A stretch of 64,000 nucleotides of DNA from Podarcis gaigeae (taxonomy: Eukaryota), in the NCBI GenBank assembly GCA_964106915.2, contig OZ066914.1; one strand, given 5' to 3'. Shown here one piece after another: positions 27,001 to 38,797 of this stretch (its first letter is position 1; each line of letters opens with the position of its first letter). The notes beneath the pieces were generated by a model. It was given only the letters and a program-made list of their open reading frames with translations, was not told the DNA's origin and searched no databases. The position numbers and the translations under genes were made by a program.

Positions 27001-30000
27001 ACACTAACAAATTGGTTATTAATAGCAAAACACAAATCATTTAACTGGATGTGTTTTAAATTATGCTGCATTTCTTCAGAATAATTGAATTACCATAGGT
27101 TCTGTCCAGGAAATAGTTGTCCAGCACTCACTGACTCTTCGTAGATGGGGTTCTGCAACAATAATGAATGGGGAAGACCCCTTATAGTAAGGCTGGGAGT
27201 GGGGGTTATTTCCAGATCTGCCACCTAAAGCCAGGGCTATTTTTTCTTCTGTCACAATTGCCACATGGAGTTCCACCCCAAGGCTGGTATCTATAGCATA
27301 CTTTTTAAAAGGAAGATTTTGTCCTTTGTTGAGGAGCTTCATCAGAAAAACAGGAAGGCAGTATACATAGAGAGCCATGTAGTTCTGTGGGCAGAGCTTC
27401 TGTAATCAACACAGCTTCTTATCACCTCTATAATTATGTTCTACACTTATCAGCATATGCTACTTCTAACCTGTTCATTTTTCTCCTTCTCCCACAGTTT
27501 GCTCTAAAAAGTTGAGGAGGAATCAACATCCAGTGAGAGGTTTAGAATAAAGCAGGCATATTGGGTCAATCTGTGCAAAAGGTGAACATTTGTAGACATC
27601 TGAGTAGTTTACAGTTTATGGTTTTTAGTGCAGAATTTAGTTTTTTTGGCACAGATTAGTAATAAAGTGTGGCTATAGAATAGTCAAGCTTATTAAAGAG
27701 ATGTTCCTGTTCAGTGTGTTTTGAGCTGCCTTCTTCTTCTTTGGGTGTTGCCTGGCCCTGTTTCCCCTTGAAAGCCAGATATACTTGGTATTACAAGAGG
27801 TGGTTTTTTTGGCTTTCTCATTTGTAGTGAGAAACTTGTCTCTCCCAAATGGAAAACCTTCAAAGGGCTGAAACTGCTACAGCGTGACAAGATTCGACTC
27901 AATAATGCCATCTGGAGGGCCTGGTATCTGCAGTGTAAGTAGCCTGGAAGAAGGTATTTAAAACACAACAACAAACCAGCCATATAAAAGGTGATCCAAT
28001 ATGGGCAGATTAGGTGGGAACCACCAAATTCTGTGTATAAATTCAGAAAAAAATGGGTTCTTCCTCCATCCCTACACGTGTTTTCCATGACTTCCTCAAC
28101 CAAGGAGATTGTTTCACACAGAATTATGTATTGCAAGTTTGCAAAGCTTTATGCTAGCAAAAGTCACATATTAATTGCTTATGGATTTAAAGCTCTTCAG
28201 CTCTACTGCCTTATTTAGTGGATGCTGAAATGGGAGCGACTGCCAGCCAGCCAGCAAGTATTTTCTCTGTTTGGTCCTGCTTGAAGCTGTACTGCAGATT
28301 ACAGCCCCTTTTCTGCTATTTCATTCTGGATGCAGATGTGGAGAAGCGGCAGAACCCAGTGTGCAGTTTTGTGACCCCACTAGAGTGCAGTGATGTAGAT
28401 GTGCACCGCAAGCCTGAGGTGAGCAAAGGTTACTTGGGCCTTTCTTACTTAAGAACGTACAAAGAAGACAGATTACACATTTCTGTAAGTGACCCCTGGC
28501 TGCACCTTTATTTGGCAGGCTGTCATCATGGAAGGAAAGTACTGGAAACGCCAAATTGGGGTTGTCATCAGGGAATATCACAAATGGAGGTTGTTTTCCT
28601 ATACCCAGGTAAATGTCTTCTCCAGCAAGATGTGTTGTACTTCATATTGCTCCCCTTCACCCCTAGATGACATGTTCCACCCAAGCTCATACAGTCCTTT
28701 TTAGTGTCAACCAAGGAAATCAGGTAGCTCCAGCCAGAAGCACCTTGGAACTCCATTGTAAGAAGGTGGATTTTCTAGATGCTTCTTGCCGGGCTATCAT
28801 AGTCTGGATCTGGTGGTTTTGAGGTGATCTGGTACTAGACTGGTGAGGCTACATTTCTGTCTTACTCTGATGGGTGCCTTGGCCTATAGACTCATTTCCA
28901 CAGCTGCCAAAGGCTCTCATTCTCTTGGCCTCTCTCTCACTTCCACAAAGACACACACTGGTCACCCAGCTATCCCTGTGTGATTATTGTGGTCTGTGAT
29001 GGCTTTCTGAGGCCTCAGGTGTTCATTGTTGTTGTAGCAGTAGTAGTAGTAATAATAATAGTACATTATACCTAGCCCTTCCTCCCAAATGTGTCCAGGG
29101 CAGCAATGAGCCAGATAGGATTTTATTTAGCCACCTATGGTTTTTCTCTAGCTAAGTATTGTAATTGTAGTACTTTCAGTGGCCTAATCCTAAACATTTT
29201 GTGCATTTTGTTATAGGCTTCAAAGAAGATGGATAAACCCGTCTATGGTTCAGCTCAGGTGCTATTTTAATGCCTTGTTCCTATACTGCACCCTCCAGAT
29301 TCCCCTTTCCCCATGGCAGAGGGTGGAATTAAAAACGCTTGGGGGTTGTCCACAGCCATTCAGTATTCCAGCCCCTCATTTGAGTTTGCCTATAGTTGGA
29401 GTTCACAGCTCTTTCTCTCCCATTCTGGACAGGAAGTAGCTGATGACGTTCCAAGGGCAGAGCTGAAAACGGATGGAACAGATGCATGCCCCATGGACCT
29501 CGACCCCTTGCATGACCTGGATGCACTTCTGGACACCTTCATTTCTAGCCGCAACCCTTATGGTGGCCCCAACCTCCGTGGCCTTGGTGAGAGGCCTTGC
29601 TTTGTGCTCATTCCATCTATCTCTGGATCTGTCCCTTTCTACCAAGAAACCCTTTAAGTTTTCTCCACTGTCCCCAGAGGCTAGTACAGATGCCTCTAAA
29701 GGGTGGAGAGAGGTTTTGAAGTATCTCCATGTGAGAGCCAGTCCCTTGCTTGTGAACCAGAGAACAATTGCCATGGAACAAAGTAACAAGCGAGTGATAT
29801 TATTTCTCATTTTGTGTCTTCAGCTCACCAGGGAAATGCAGATATGATCCAGCCCACCCTGACCCAACTGCACCCTATCTTTGGGGAGGAGTTTATGGAC
29901 TTGGACCCCATTCAAGGTAACAACAGAGGTTTATATGGCTGTACTTAGTGGTAAGGTGGCGCATCTCAAAGCTGAAAGACATCCTCTGAAGCACTTTGTA

Positions 30001-33000
30001 TGGCTTCTTAAGACCACTCCAGACTGTGTTTAAATTATGTATCCATACTGTACACACTTGAAAGTATTCCGTTTGTTTATAAATGCTACTGAGTACATGC
30101 TGCTAGGGTCTCCTGATCAGCTGCAATTCCCTGCAGTGCTTATCTGTAAAAGAGCCCTTGGATTCCTCACAATTGCAGCTTGCATATTTACTAAACTCAC
30201 TGTTAGGGAGAAAACTGAAAAATGTGTCACTAAAGCCCAAAAATCAAATAGAAACATTTATTATTATTATTATTTTAAGCCCACAAGTTAATCACCAGTG
30301 TTGAAAGATTAACTTGTGACCTCAAGAGTAAATAACATCTGAGTCTGGGTCACCAAAGTGGGCTGAAAGCTGTCACTGGTGAGAGGAGACTATTTCCAAA
30401 CTGACATTGATGAAATTCTAGTTCACCCAAGGCCAGAGCAGAATGCTGCTGAGCAAACATGGTATGTCCTGGTAAGACCAGACATTATTTAAATTAGTCA
30501 GCATGCACGTAAAAATCCTCTTTTGGGCGTCCAGTGCTCTAATAGAAGACTCATTCTCCATATAATCACATGCATACTGTGCTTTATATATTGTTTGTCC
30601 CCTATCCCATTTTCTGAATCAGCCAGGACAAATTCTTCAGAGCCACTGTTTATCCCCTTTTCACAGGAAGAATAAAGTAGGCAAATTAATCTTGTATGAA
30701 TTCTTAATTTGAAAAATCTTAAACTTACAAGTTGGTCATCTCAAAATTTCTACTTGCAAGTATAGCATCTACATATTGAGCCTATTTCAGTCTCATTCCT
30801 GCCACTCCGACACATAACTCTGAAATCAGCAGTCCCCACCTGCAGATTGCTCCTGTTCTTGACTTGAGTTTCTCTACCAGTTGAGATATCCTGGATTTTA
30901 GGTCTCATCTTTCTTCGAAACCACCAATTGATGTCTTCTTGTATGGTGGATGTGAATGAATGAATGTTTATTATTACGACCAAACAGCCAACATGCTACC
31001 TGTATGGTGAAATCCTGATGATTCCTTGCTTAGTTGATTCAGACACACCAGCCAGTTATCTTCTGCCAGTTGCTCTTTATCTCCTCCCAGCCTTTTAAAT
31101 CTTTGCTTTCTTTTCACAGAATTCATCAATTCCTGTCGTTCTCAGCCCATGAACCAGGTAAGGAGAATAAATTTATCTGATAGCTTACAAACTCCTTGGG
31201 CTTCTGCAGCCCCTGATGCTTATTGCAGATACTGGTCTGTGCTTGATTTTGATTTTGGAAAGGCAATAGCCTTTTCTCAGCATTGCAAAAAAAAATGAGC
31301 AGTGAGAGTGCTCCCACTTGTATGATTTTCAGTGCAGCCATCTCCAGCCTGGACTCAGGAGTTGTGTTTGATTTGCACTCTCTTCTCCCCCCCCCCCCCC
31401 AGGCTCCTGCAGTAACGGATACTAGTGCTTTGAACCAGTGCAACCCAGATACACCTCTCATTGCCCCTGAGACCAAGGATCTCCCACCGCCCGGAGACTC
31501 TCTCAACCCCATTCCCATCTCACTGGATGTGGAGCCGCCTGTACCTTTGAATGGACAGCAGACCTTCCTGCCATTCTTCCCCACCTCCCCACTGAGGATC
31601 AGCCCGCCGCCTGTCTCTCCCATCTTGCGCATGCAGCCTCAAACCACTTTGGTCTTCTCTGTCATCACGCACACAGGATCAGAAACAAATTCTCCGTCTG
31701 TATTTCGGGACACTTTTGCTGTGCCAGTCTCTGCTCCTCCACCCAAGGATGGGAAATGCAGACACCTGCAACGGATTGCTCCAGCACCCTCCTCTAGCCA
31801 GCAGCCAACCCTTCCCGGTGCTCCGCTCCCCTGCCTGCTTGCAACTGGTATGTCCCTGCAAGGACAGGCTCTCTGCAGGGGAAATTGAGGCATTGCTTAC
31901 CTAGACTACAATGCTTCTCTAGATCCATTTGGAGTTTTAAGTCATACTGCAGAATTCTCCTTTCTTTTTGGTTGTTGTTTTCTGAAGCAAATCTCACCAG
32001 GATCAATTTTTGGAATCCCTAATTTAAACAACTGCATGCATTATTAGTGTTTATTTTGATATAATTATCTGAAGCTGGAGTTTAGCTTCATACTTTGGAA
32101 TCACTGGAAGCAAAAGCATTTTTCTGTACTGGAAAAATAAAATATGTGGTCCAGGGAGATAGTTTTTTGTGTTACTGCAGAATTTTTAAATTGTATACAA
32201 TGGTACCTCGATTTTCGAATGTAATCTGTTCTAGAAGACCGTTTGAGTTCTGAAGCATTCGAAAACCGAAAACTCAGTATAGAATTTTTTTGATGTGGTT
32301 TATTTATTGTTTATGACTTTTGTAATTATGTAAATCTTGTTATGCTGTAAGCTGCCTTGAGAATTGTTTTTTTAACTGTGGAAAGGCGGCATACAAATAA
32401 AAAAAAATGATGATGAAGAACTGAGTATGGAAAACCAATACGGAAGCCGCGTGGCATGTTCGACTTCTGAGGCATGTTTGAAAACCGAAGCATTTATTTT
32501 CGGGTTTCTGGCGTTCAAAAACTGAAATGTCTGTCAACAGAGACGTTCAAAAACCAAGGTACCACTGTATCTGACTTGAGCTGATAGGCATTACGTAACA
32601 GTGCCTGCATCTCCTTCAGTGGATTTAGGGTTTAGCCTTGCAGAAATTGTGTGTCAAAACTATGTACTGACTAGTCTGTAGAAGAGTAAAATGGTTAGTC
32701 CACAGGTATTGGAGACGGATTTAAGGTGGCATTCTTACTTGCAACCATACATATGTGTAAAGATGTCTGGGAGCTGCTGTTTGGAAAGGGAGAGAAAAAG
32801 TCCCCTATGTCCAGATTCCTGCTTTCATCCCCTTCTTGCTTCTCTGGAGTGTAGTTAAGCTTTTTGTTTTGATGCAGCCAGCAGTTTGAACCAGGTAAAT
32901 CAAGCAAAACTGCAAATGTCAACATTCGTCCAAATGCTTCATAGTTAAACAGAAAACCTTCAACTCATTAGTAGAAGTGAAAGGACAGCTCATTAATATA

Positions 33001-35900
33001 ACTATGTATATTTACTATCTTTTTAAAGTTAAATTTTAATTTTTCTTAGATCTACAAGTGAGCACAGATTTTCTTTACCCATTTCAGAACAAGGCTCTTG
33101 TGCCTTGTAGCTTTTTTGAACGGGGAAAGTTGTCAAGAGCTGTAGAGTCTTCTAATGTGCAAGCATTATGAAGAGAGAATCTGTAACTATGAAACTTTCC
33201 TCTCTACTCCATTTAAAACTCACACATAAAGGTCCAGAAGTCCTATCCTCTGTGTCTGATGGCAAAGTGGGTACCAAACAGTTGATGTCAGATTGGCTGG
33301 TACATGCAGGAATTTTATGAGATGCTAATGGTTATGGTGAAACCAGGCCTAGGTATGTTTTGGAAGGGATCCGAGGCAAGGATGCTCATTGGCCTCTCTG
33401 TTGGGTAGGGTGCCATGCATTTAAGTAGAGATTATTGACCCGAATTGTATTTTCAGTTGTGGTGGGTGGGATTTCATAAAGCAGCAGACTCCTTTTCATT
33501 AAATAAATTCTGCCACATTCAAAAACTTGGTCTACCGGTGAGCAGCTAAACTGAAGCTGTGTAGTTACAGGGAGTGAGTGATGCTGCTTTAGCCAGCCAA
33601 GTTTTGTACATGCATTGAGGGTTAATACATAGAGGCTGGGAAAATAAGAACATCTCTTTCATCTCTAGGTCCTGCCCCACTGCCCCTCACTCCAGTCATG
33701 AACTCTGTGCAGGTAAGGATGCTCTCCTCTGCCACCTTCCGTCTGCGAGGCCTCCTATCTGTGTTCTGCTTTTTGCCTCCTTGGAGTTGACAGGTGGCGT
33801 ATTTTTCTATCTTTCTGTTTGGCTGCTCTCTCTTTCTCTCAACCCTGCTTTTCCTCTCCCACAGGTGTGTGGCTTCCCAAAGCCCCCTGCGAATATGCTG
33901 AACTCATTCTCGGCAACGGTGAAGTCTCCTCCGCTTGCCTCTGCTGCTGCTTCCCCTGACACTGGTAAGCTGGCTCAGGAGTGTGCAAAGTCACTCGGCC
34001 TCTCTTCTTAGCAATATCTCATCCGCTTTCACTGGATTGGTCTATATGCCGTGCCAAAGTAGAAACTGAATACACACCTTAAGAGGAACTCACCTACCCC
34101 AGTATTTTTGGGATTATTTCAGGTGCCAAAACCAAGGAGAGAGCTGAGGACAACACTCTCTGCAAACCCCAGGAAGTGGACAAATGCTGTACTGCCAAGG
34201 TAATAAGAATACCCACACCACTGTACCCCATCTTGTTGGCTTGAGCGTTGTGGGAGAAGACATCTTTTCTCAAAGATGATAGCCAAAGGTGTAGTCGCCT
34301 GGCAGTGTCTCAAATCATGGCTTGATTGGCTCTTGCAGGGAAGTCGCAGATCAACACTTACCTCGGCTGACTATGCCCGCCGTAGGGTCATCAGCTCCGG
34401 CTTCAACACTCTTGCCACTCTGGTGTTGACAGGACCTGATCAAAGCAGCACTAAGGTATGCATCCCCCCCTGTACCAGAGGGTGGAAGGGCACATATTCT
34501 CTGCTGTTTGTCCAGTCCTCCCAATTTGCTTTGTGAACCTGCTGGAGCCATTCTTGTGGTCTTTGCCCTCCCAATCCATTTTACGCCTTTACTCCACCCC
34601 CTCACCTCCCCAGTTCAGCAAAGCGATGCTCCTGCAGAAAAGTGCAGCACATGTGGAAAGACTGCAGCAAGAGCGCCGACAAGCTCAGGAGACAGTTGAA
34701 AGACTACGTGGGGAAATCAAAGAGCTGAGCACTGCCATTGAGTGAGTTGCGGGGCTGGCTTAAGGGGTTTTCATTGGATCAGGGATACAAGTTAAAAGGT
34801 GAGAGGGGAACTCCTGTCAACAAGTTGTGGCTTTTCTCTTCCCTGCAGTGACTTTCAGCGCCAGCTTCCACCTACGGGAGCTCCTGTGCTGCCACCACAG
34901 TCAGATCAGGCTTCTCAACTCTATGAAGAGTATGTGCGCAAGCGCACCCTGCAGGACTGGCGCTTCTGGCTTGTATCCACCAGCGAGCATGTGGGATGGG
35001 ATGGGATGGGACAGGTTAGGGTGCAAGAAAGCAAGCCAGGGGAGGTATTTGGCATGGCATTAGTGGCCTGCTGGGTGCTTAAGGGGAGCAAGGAGACTTG
35101 GCTGCATAGGCTCCTTAACCTCTTCCAACCTGCAGTTCAGCATGGTGATTAAGCCACTCTTTGAGAGCTACACCAGGACAGTGAGCACAGGCAACGTCAA
35201 GGAATTCTGTGACTCAGTGTTGAGCTGGTTGGAGCAGCACTGCACCCTGCCCATCTTGCGCCCTGGTATGGATCAACAGGGAAATCTAGAAATGTCTTTC
35301 CCTTCACTGACCCATCTCTCCCCCCCCCCCCCATGGCTTTTAATGATCCTTGCCTACCTTCTTCTCTGAAATCTAGCACGTGCTTGTGTATCATTCACCC
35401 ATCCTACTCCTGCTTGAAGTACTCTTATGTTCACACATAACTAAGAGAGTGGAGCAGAACCATGGCTTACCAATTATACTCCACATTCCCGATTCCCTTT
35501 TCATGCCTTGCTAAGTTACTAGACACAGTTGCCCATCACTATGATCCTTTCCTTGCCCTGAAGCAAGATTATTGGGTACTGCCTTAAAGCAAGGCCCAGA
35601 TGTGACCTTAGGAGTTACCTGGCTTTGTGGTGTTTAGGAAAAATCTAGCTGGAGATGCCAGCTGTTCTCAAAAGTCTTCTATTCCTGATACTTCCAGAAG
35701 ACTTGAAAGGATTCTCTTTCTAAGAATTAGGAGAAAGGGTCTGCATTGAGTTCATTGTTTTGGTTTTTTGTCCCACAGCTATCTCTGGCTCCCTCCTGCA
35801 GCTAAGCAAGATCACATCCATACTGACTCGGCCAACCCAGTTGCGTGAACAAGCCCTGCAAGCAGTAGCTGGCCCTCCACACTACAAGAGCAACAGCTAG
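23478..35900 (+). CDS. MondoA/ChREBP (MLXIP/MLXIPL)-family bHLH-ZIP protein, divergent paralogue (759 aa, 17 coding exons)
   Basis: join(23478..23863,27828..27934,28336..28418,28519..28608,29217..29258,29433..29586,29824..29916,31120..31157,31403..31847,33669..33712,33865..33964,34123..34199,34339..34455,34614..34741,34849..34972,35136..35265,35779..35900) = 2280 nt, open and phase-consistent. Mondo conserved regions: IIHSGHFMVS (MCR1), IDPSLTKLFECMTLAYS (MCR2), KLVSPKWKTFKGLKLLQRDKIRLNNAIWRAWYLQY (MCR3), VCSFVTPL...EGKYWKR...REYHKWR (MCR4), NADMIQPTL (MCR5). These are followed by a Pro-rich middle, the HLH-ZIP (SKAMLLQKSAAHVERLQQER) and the DCD/WMC (QLPPTGAP...RTLQDWRFWLFSMVIKPLFESY...WLEQHCTLPILRP). 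There is an alternative in-frame start at 23526. The small middle exons are less certain. Confidence 0.9.
32196..32569. mobile_element. Tc1/mariner-type MITE with an internal LINE-tail fragment
   Basis: TA-CAATGGTACCTCG...AAGGTACCACTG-TA termini; internal TGTAAGCTGCCTTGAG...AAGGCGGCATACAAATAAA LINE-like 3' end. Confidence 0.65.
34973..35135 (+). other. U12-type (minor spliceosome) GT-AG intron
   Basis: 5' site GTATCCAC; branch point TCCTTAAC at 35112-35119, 16 nt before the intron end; lies between the RFWL and FSMV codons of the DCD. Confidence 0.75.
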
Positions 35901-38409
35901 GATGAAGACCAGGTCCAGTGCTATATGGACATCCTCACACACTACCAGGAAAGCCAGCAGCAGGGACCTCTATCTCAGGAATTCATTTGCCATGCAACAA
36001 AGAAGCTTAAGTTAGACAGTATTGGGGTTTAGATTGCCAGAGCAGAGAATCTCTGAGTATTCATTTTGGTGCTGGACACCTCTTAATACTCTCTTTTTGC
36101 AGAACTTCAGGTAGTAGAGTGGGGGATGTGGGGGATAAGGCAAGACACAGAGCCAGAATGCAGATTTAATTGCCAGATGTAGGATGCCAGCCATGGCTTT
36201 AGCCTCTTTCTGGGGTGAAAGATTAGCCGCATAAGAATTAGTGTGGCCTCCATTTCCTGTGTTTTCCCACCAGAGGGCAGTGAAAGTGGTTCTTGCAGGC
36301 CTTCTCAATACATAGAGAGATACTTCCTCTGTATGATTCATGGCTTTGTTCCTCACTAAATTTGAGTGTTTGTGGCTAAGTGTCGTTGACCACCCCCCCA
36401 TATACAGTATATTTTGATGGCAGATTTTACCTATGCAACCATACCCATGAACCCTTTCTGGGGTGTAGAGGATCAATTTCTCCCATCTTTCTTTTTAGCT
36501 CAGAGACCTTTTGTAGGACTGTGTATTTTCTGTAGATCTGCTGAATTTTTACAGGAGGTGGAATCTGACTTCAGCTCAGTATTTGATGGTACAATCCTCA
36601 GAGCAAACAGTATCATCACACCTTCAGTCTACAGCATAGCCTATGCCTGCCATTCTCCATCCCCTATGCTCATGTTTCTTTTCTCAAGTTACATATTAGC
36701 TTGGCGTGGAATCTGGAGTTTATTTATGCATAACATATCCTGTATTATGTTTGCCAAACTTTGTTCTAGGCTACCAGCTAATGTACAACAACTCTTGACA
36801 TCTGACCACAAGGAGGTTGTGTGATGGGGAAGACACCACCTAACCACTGATAGGCAACCTGTTCTGTCTCCACTACTGTAACTGTATGATTGCATAACCT
36901 TCTGCAAATGGCAATACCTCATTCCAAACTCCCAAGTTAGTCATAAAGCTAATGTCTACAGGAACAGGAGCCTAGCTGACTAAACTAGGGCAAAGGCTTT
37001 TTTACCCTTTCCAGAGTTTTGAGTAATATCTGAAGTAGCTCTGGACATTTTGGCACCTGATAACAGAGAATCCAAATGTCACACCTCTATCCCCCCACCC
37101 CACCCTCCCCCAGTTAACAGGTACAACCATTGAAACTAGCAGGAACTGTGGCGGTGCATAGATCCTTTTCATTCCTGATGGGTAAGCTCTATAGCTTTAT
37201 CTTTCATTACCAGATGAAAGCCTTTGATGATTGGAAATTGCTCTAGCTGCTTGCATACAAGATATTCTAATACTTATGTGTTCAGAAATACACGAGAGAA
37301 AGAGTTGGAAGGGACCACGAGGATCATCTAGTCCAACCCCTTGCAATGCAGGAATCTTTCACCCAATGTGGGGCTCGTTGTTGAGATCTGGCCTAGGTGT
37401 ACGTGGTTTTCTTTTCTTTTTACTGATTTATTATTTCTTCATTCTGCTACAGGCCCAAAACCTTCAGCAACAAAGCCAAAAAAGCTATTCTATTATCATA
37501 TAGGAATATAGTAATAGTATGGCAGTTTTCCATCAGCCACTTTAACCAAGGAATGGACAACTGATTGATTCCCATGGGAGACTCACCTCAATATACAAAA
37601 TCTACTTCAAGCCCAGGTGTGCTTTCTGTCTGTGGGATGTTAATGTCCCTTTTCTGTACCTCCTTTACTCATGAATGATGGTGGTGCTTTTTAAGAGTCC
37701 GCATTAGCTGAAGGTAACCACTCTGCATTTATGTGAAGTTAATGCACAATACAGCTGACCCTTTCACTGTTCAGCATGGGAGGTTTACTGCAGAAAAGAC
37801 TTCCAGTGCTTGCTCACCTAGATGTAGTTACTGATAGCACTTTACTTCCTCCAGTCCTGTAGGATTTCTTCAGTTAATGTGTATTAAAAAAAGAATGAGA
37901 GCACACCTGAATTATGAATTCAATCTTGAAAAATATTCAGTGGACCATTTGAGATTTCTTGTGTTTCTATATCATTTTGTAATTTTAGCACTATTTCTGT
38001 ATGTTCCACATATGTCACTAAAATACATTTGAGTAATCTTTAAGTGGTGTTTTCCTTTTTCACAATTAAGAAACTCCAATCTTTTCATACATGTAGGCAG
38101 CTGCCAGCCTTTGCAGTTCCATCTTTCAAAAGCATCCCACAACCAACTTCTGCCCAGACATCCCCACTGCTCAGCTGCTAAGGCCTAGGGATAGGCAAAT
38201 AGCACTTCAGTTGTGGGGGGGGGGGAGCACACTATTCAGTTGTTCATAGTGTTAATTCAGCTGGGCAGCAGGCAGAGAGGTATGCAATAGATCTCTCTGT
38301 GTGGTTGAAGAGTCTGTACATCTTCCCTGAGCAGGGTGGGGAGAATAATGCGTCACAAACTATTCAGATGTGGCCCCAATGACACATGTAGCTGTTAGAT
38401 GTGCAAGTG

Positions 38410-38415
38410 TTTTAT
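38410..38415 (-). terminator. Probable POLD4 polyadenylation signal
   Basis: TTTATT on + (AATAAA on -) ~380 nt downstream of the POLD4 stop. Confidence 0.6.
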
Positions 38416-38797
38416 TTCTCAGTCAATTAACTTGAAAGCCAATTCAACAAACCAAGCAAGTTTGCAAAGAGCACACAACAGTAAAATAAACAGGATGCAG
38501 TGCCATACTAAGCTTGGCTTCCAAGAACTAGTCACCCAGTTTTGGGGATTCTGTTCCCCAGCACAGCATATTGATCCAAATCAATCCTCACCTTCATTTG
38601 ACCTCAGCCATCTAAGTACTCCCTAAGAAGCTTTGATTAGGGCCAGAACCCATAAGTGGAGACCAGCTAGTAGACCTTGGCATCTTTTTAGGGCTGTTAC
38701 GTCCAAGCACAGAATCTCCACGATACGAATGAAGGAGTTATCCAATAATGTCAAAACTCAGGGACTTCTCAGGCTGAGATACCATCACATTTTCCTC

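Noticed and set aside
29299-29322. Possible extra Mondo-like exon after a CAG at 29298
   Set aside because: It would need a 40-nt intron, too short for vertebrates, and the frame is consistent without it.
23478-35900. Calling the Mondo-family gene MLXIP or MLXIPL, or a pseudogene
   Set aside because: Synteny and divergence do not support either symbol without a tree; the intact ORF, splice sites and promoter argue against a pseudogene.
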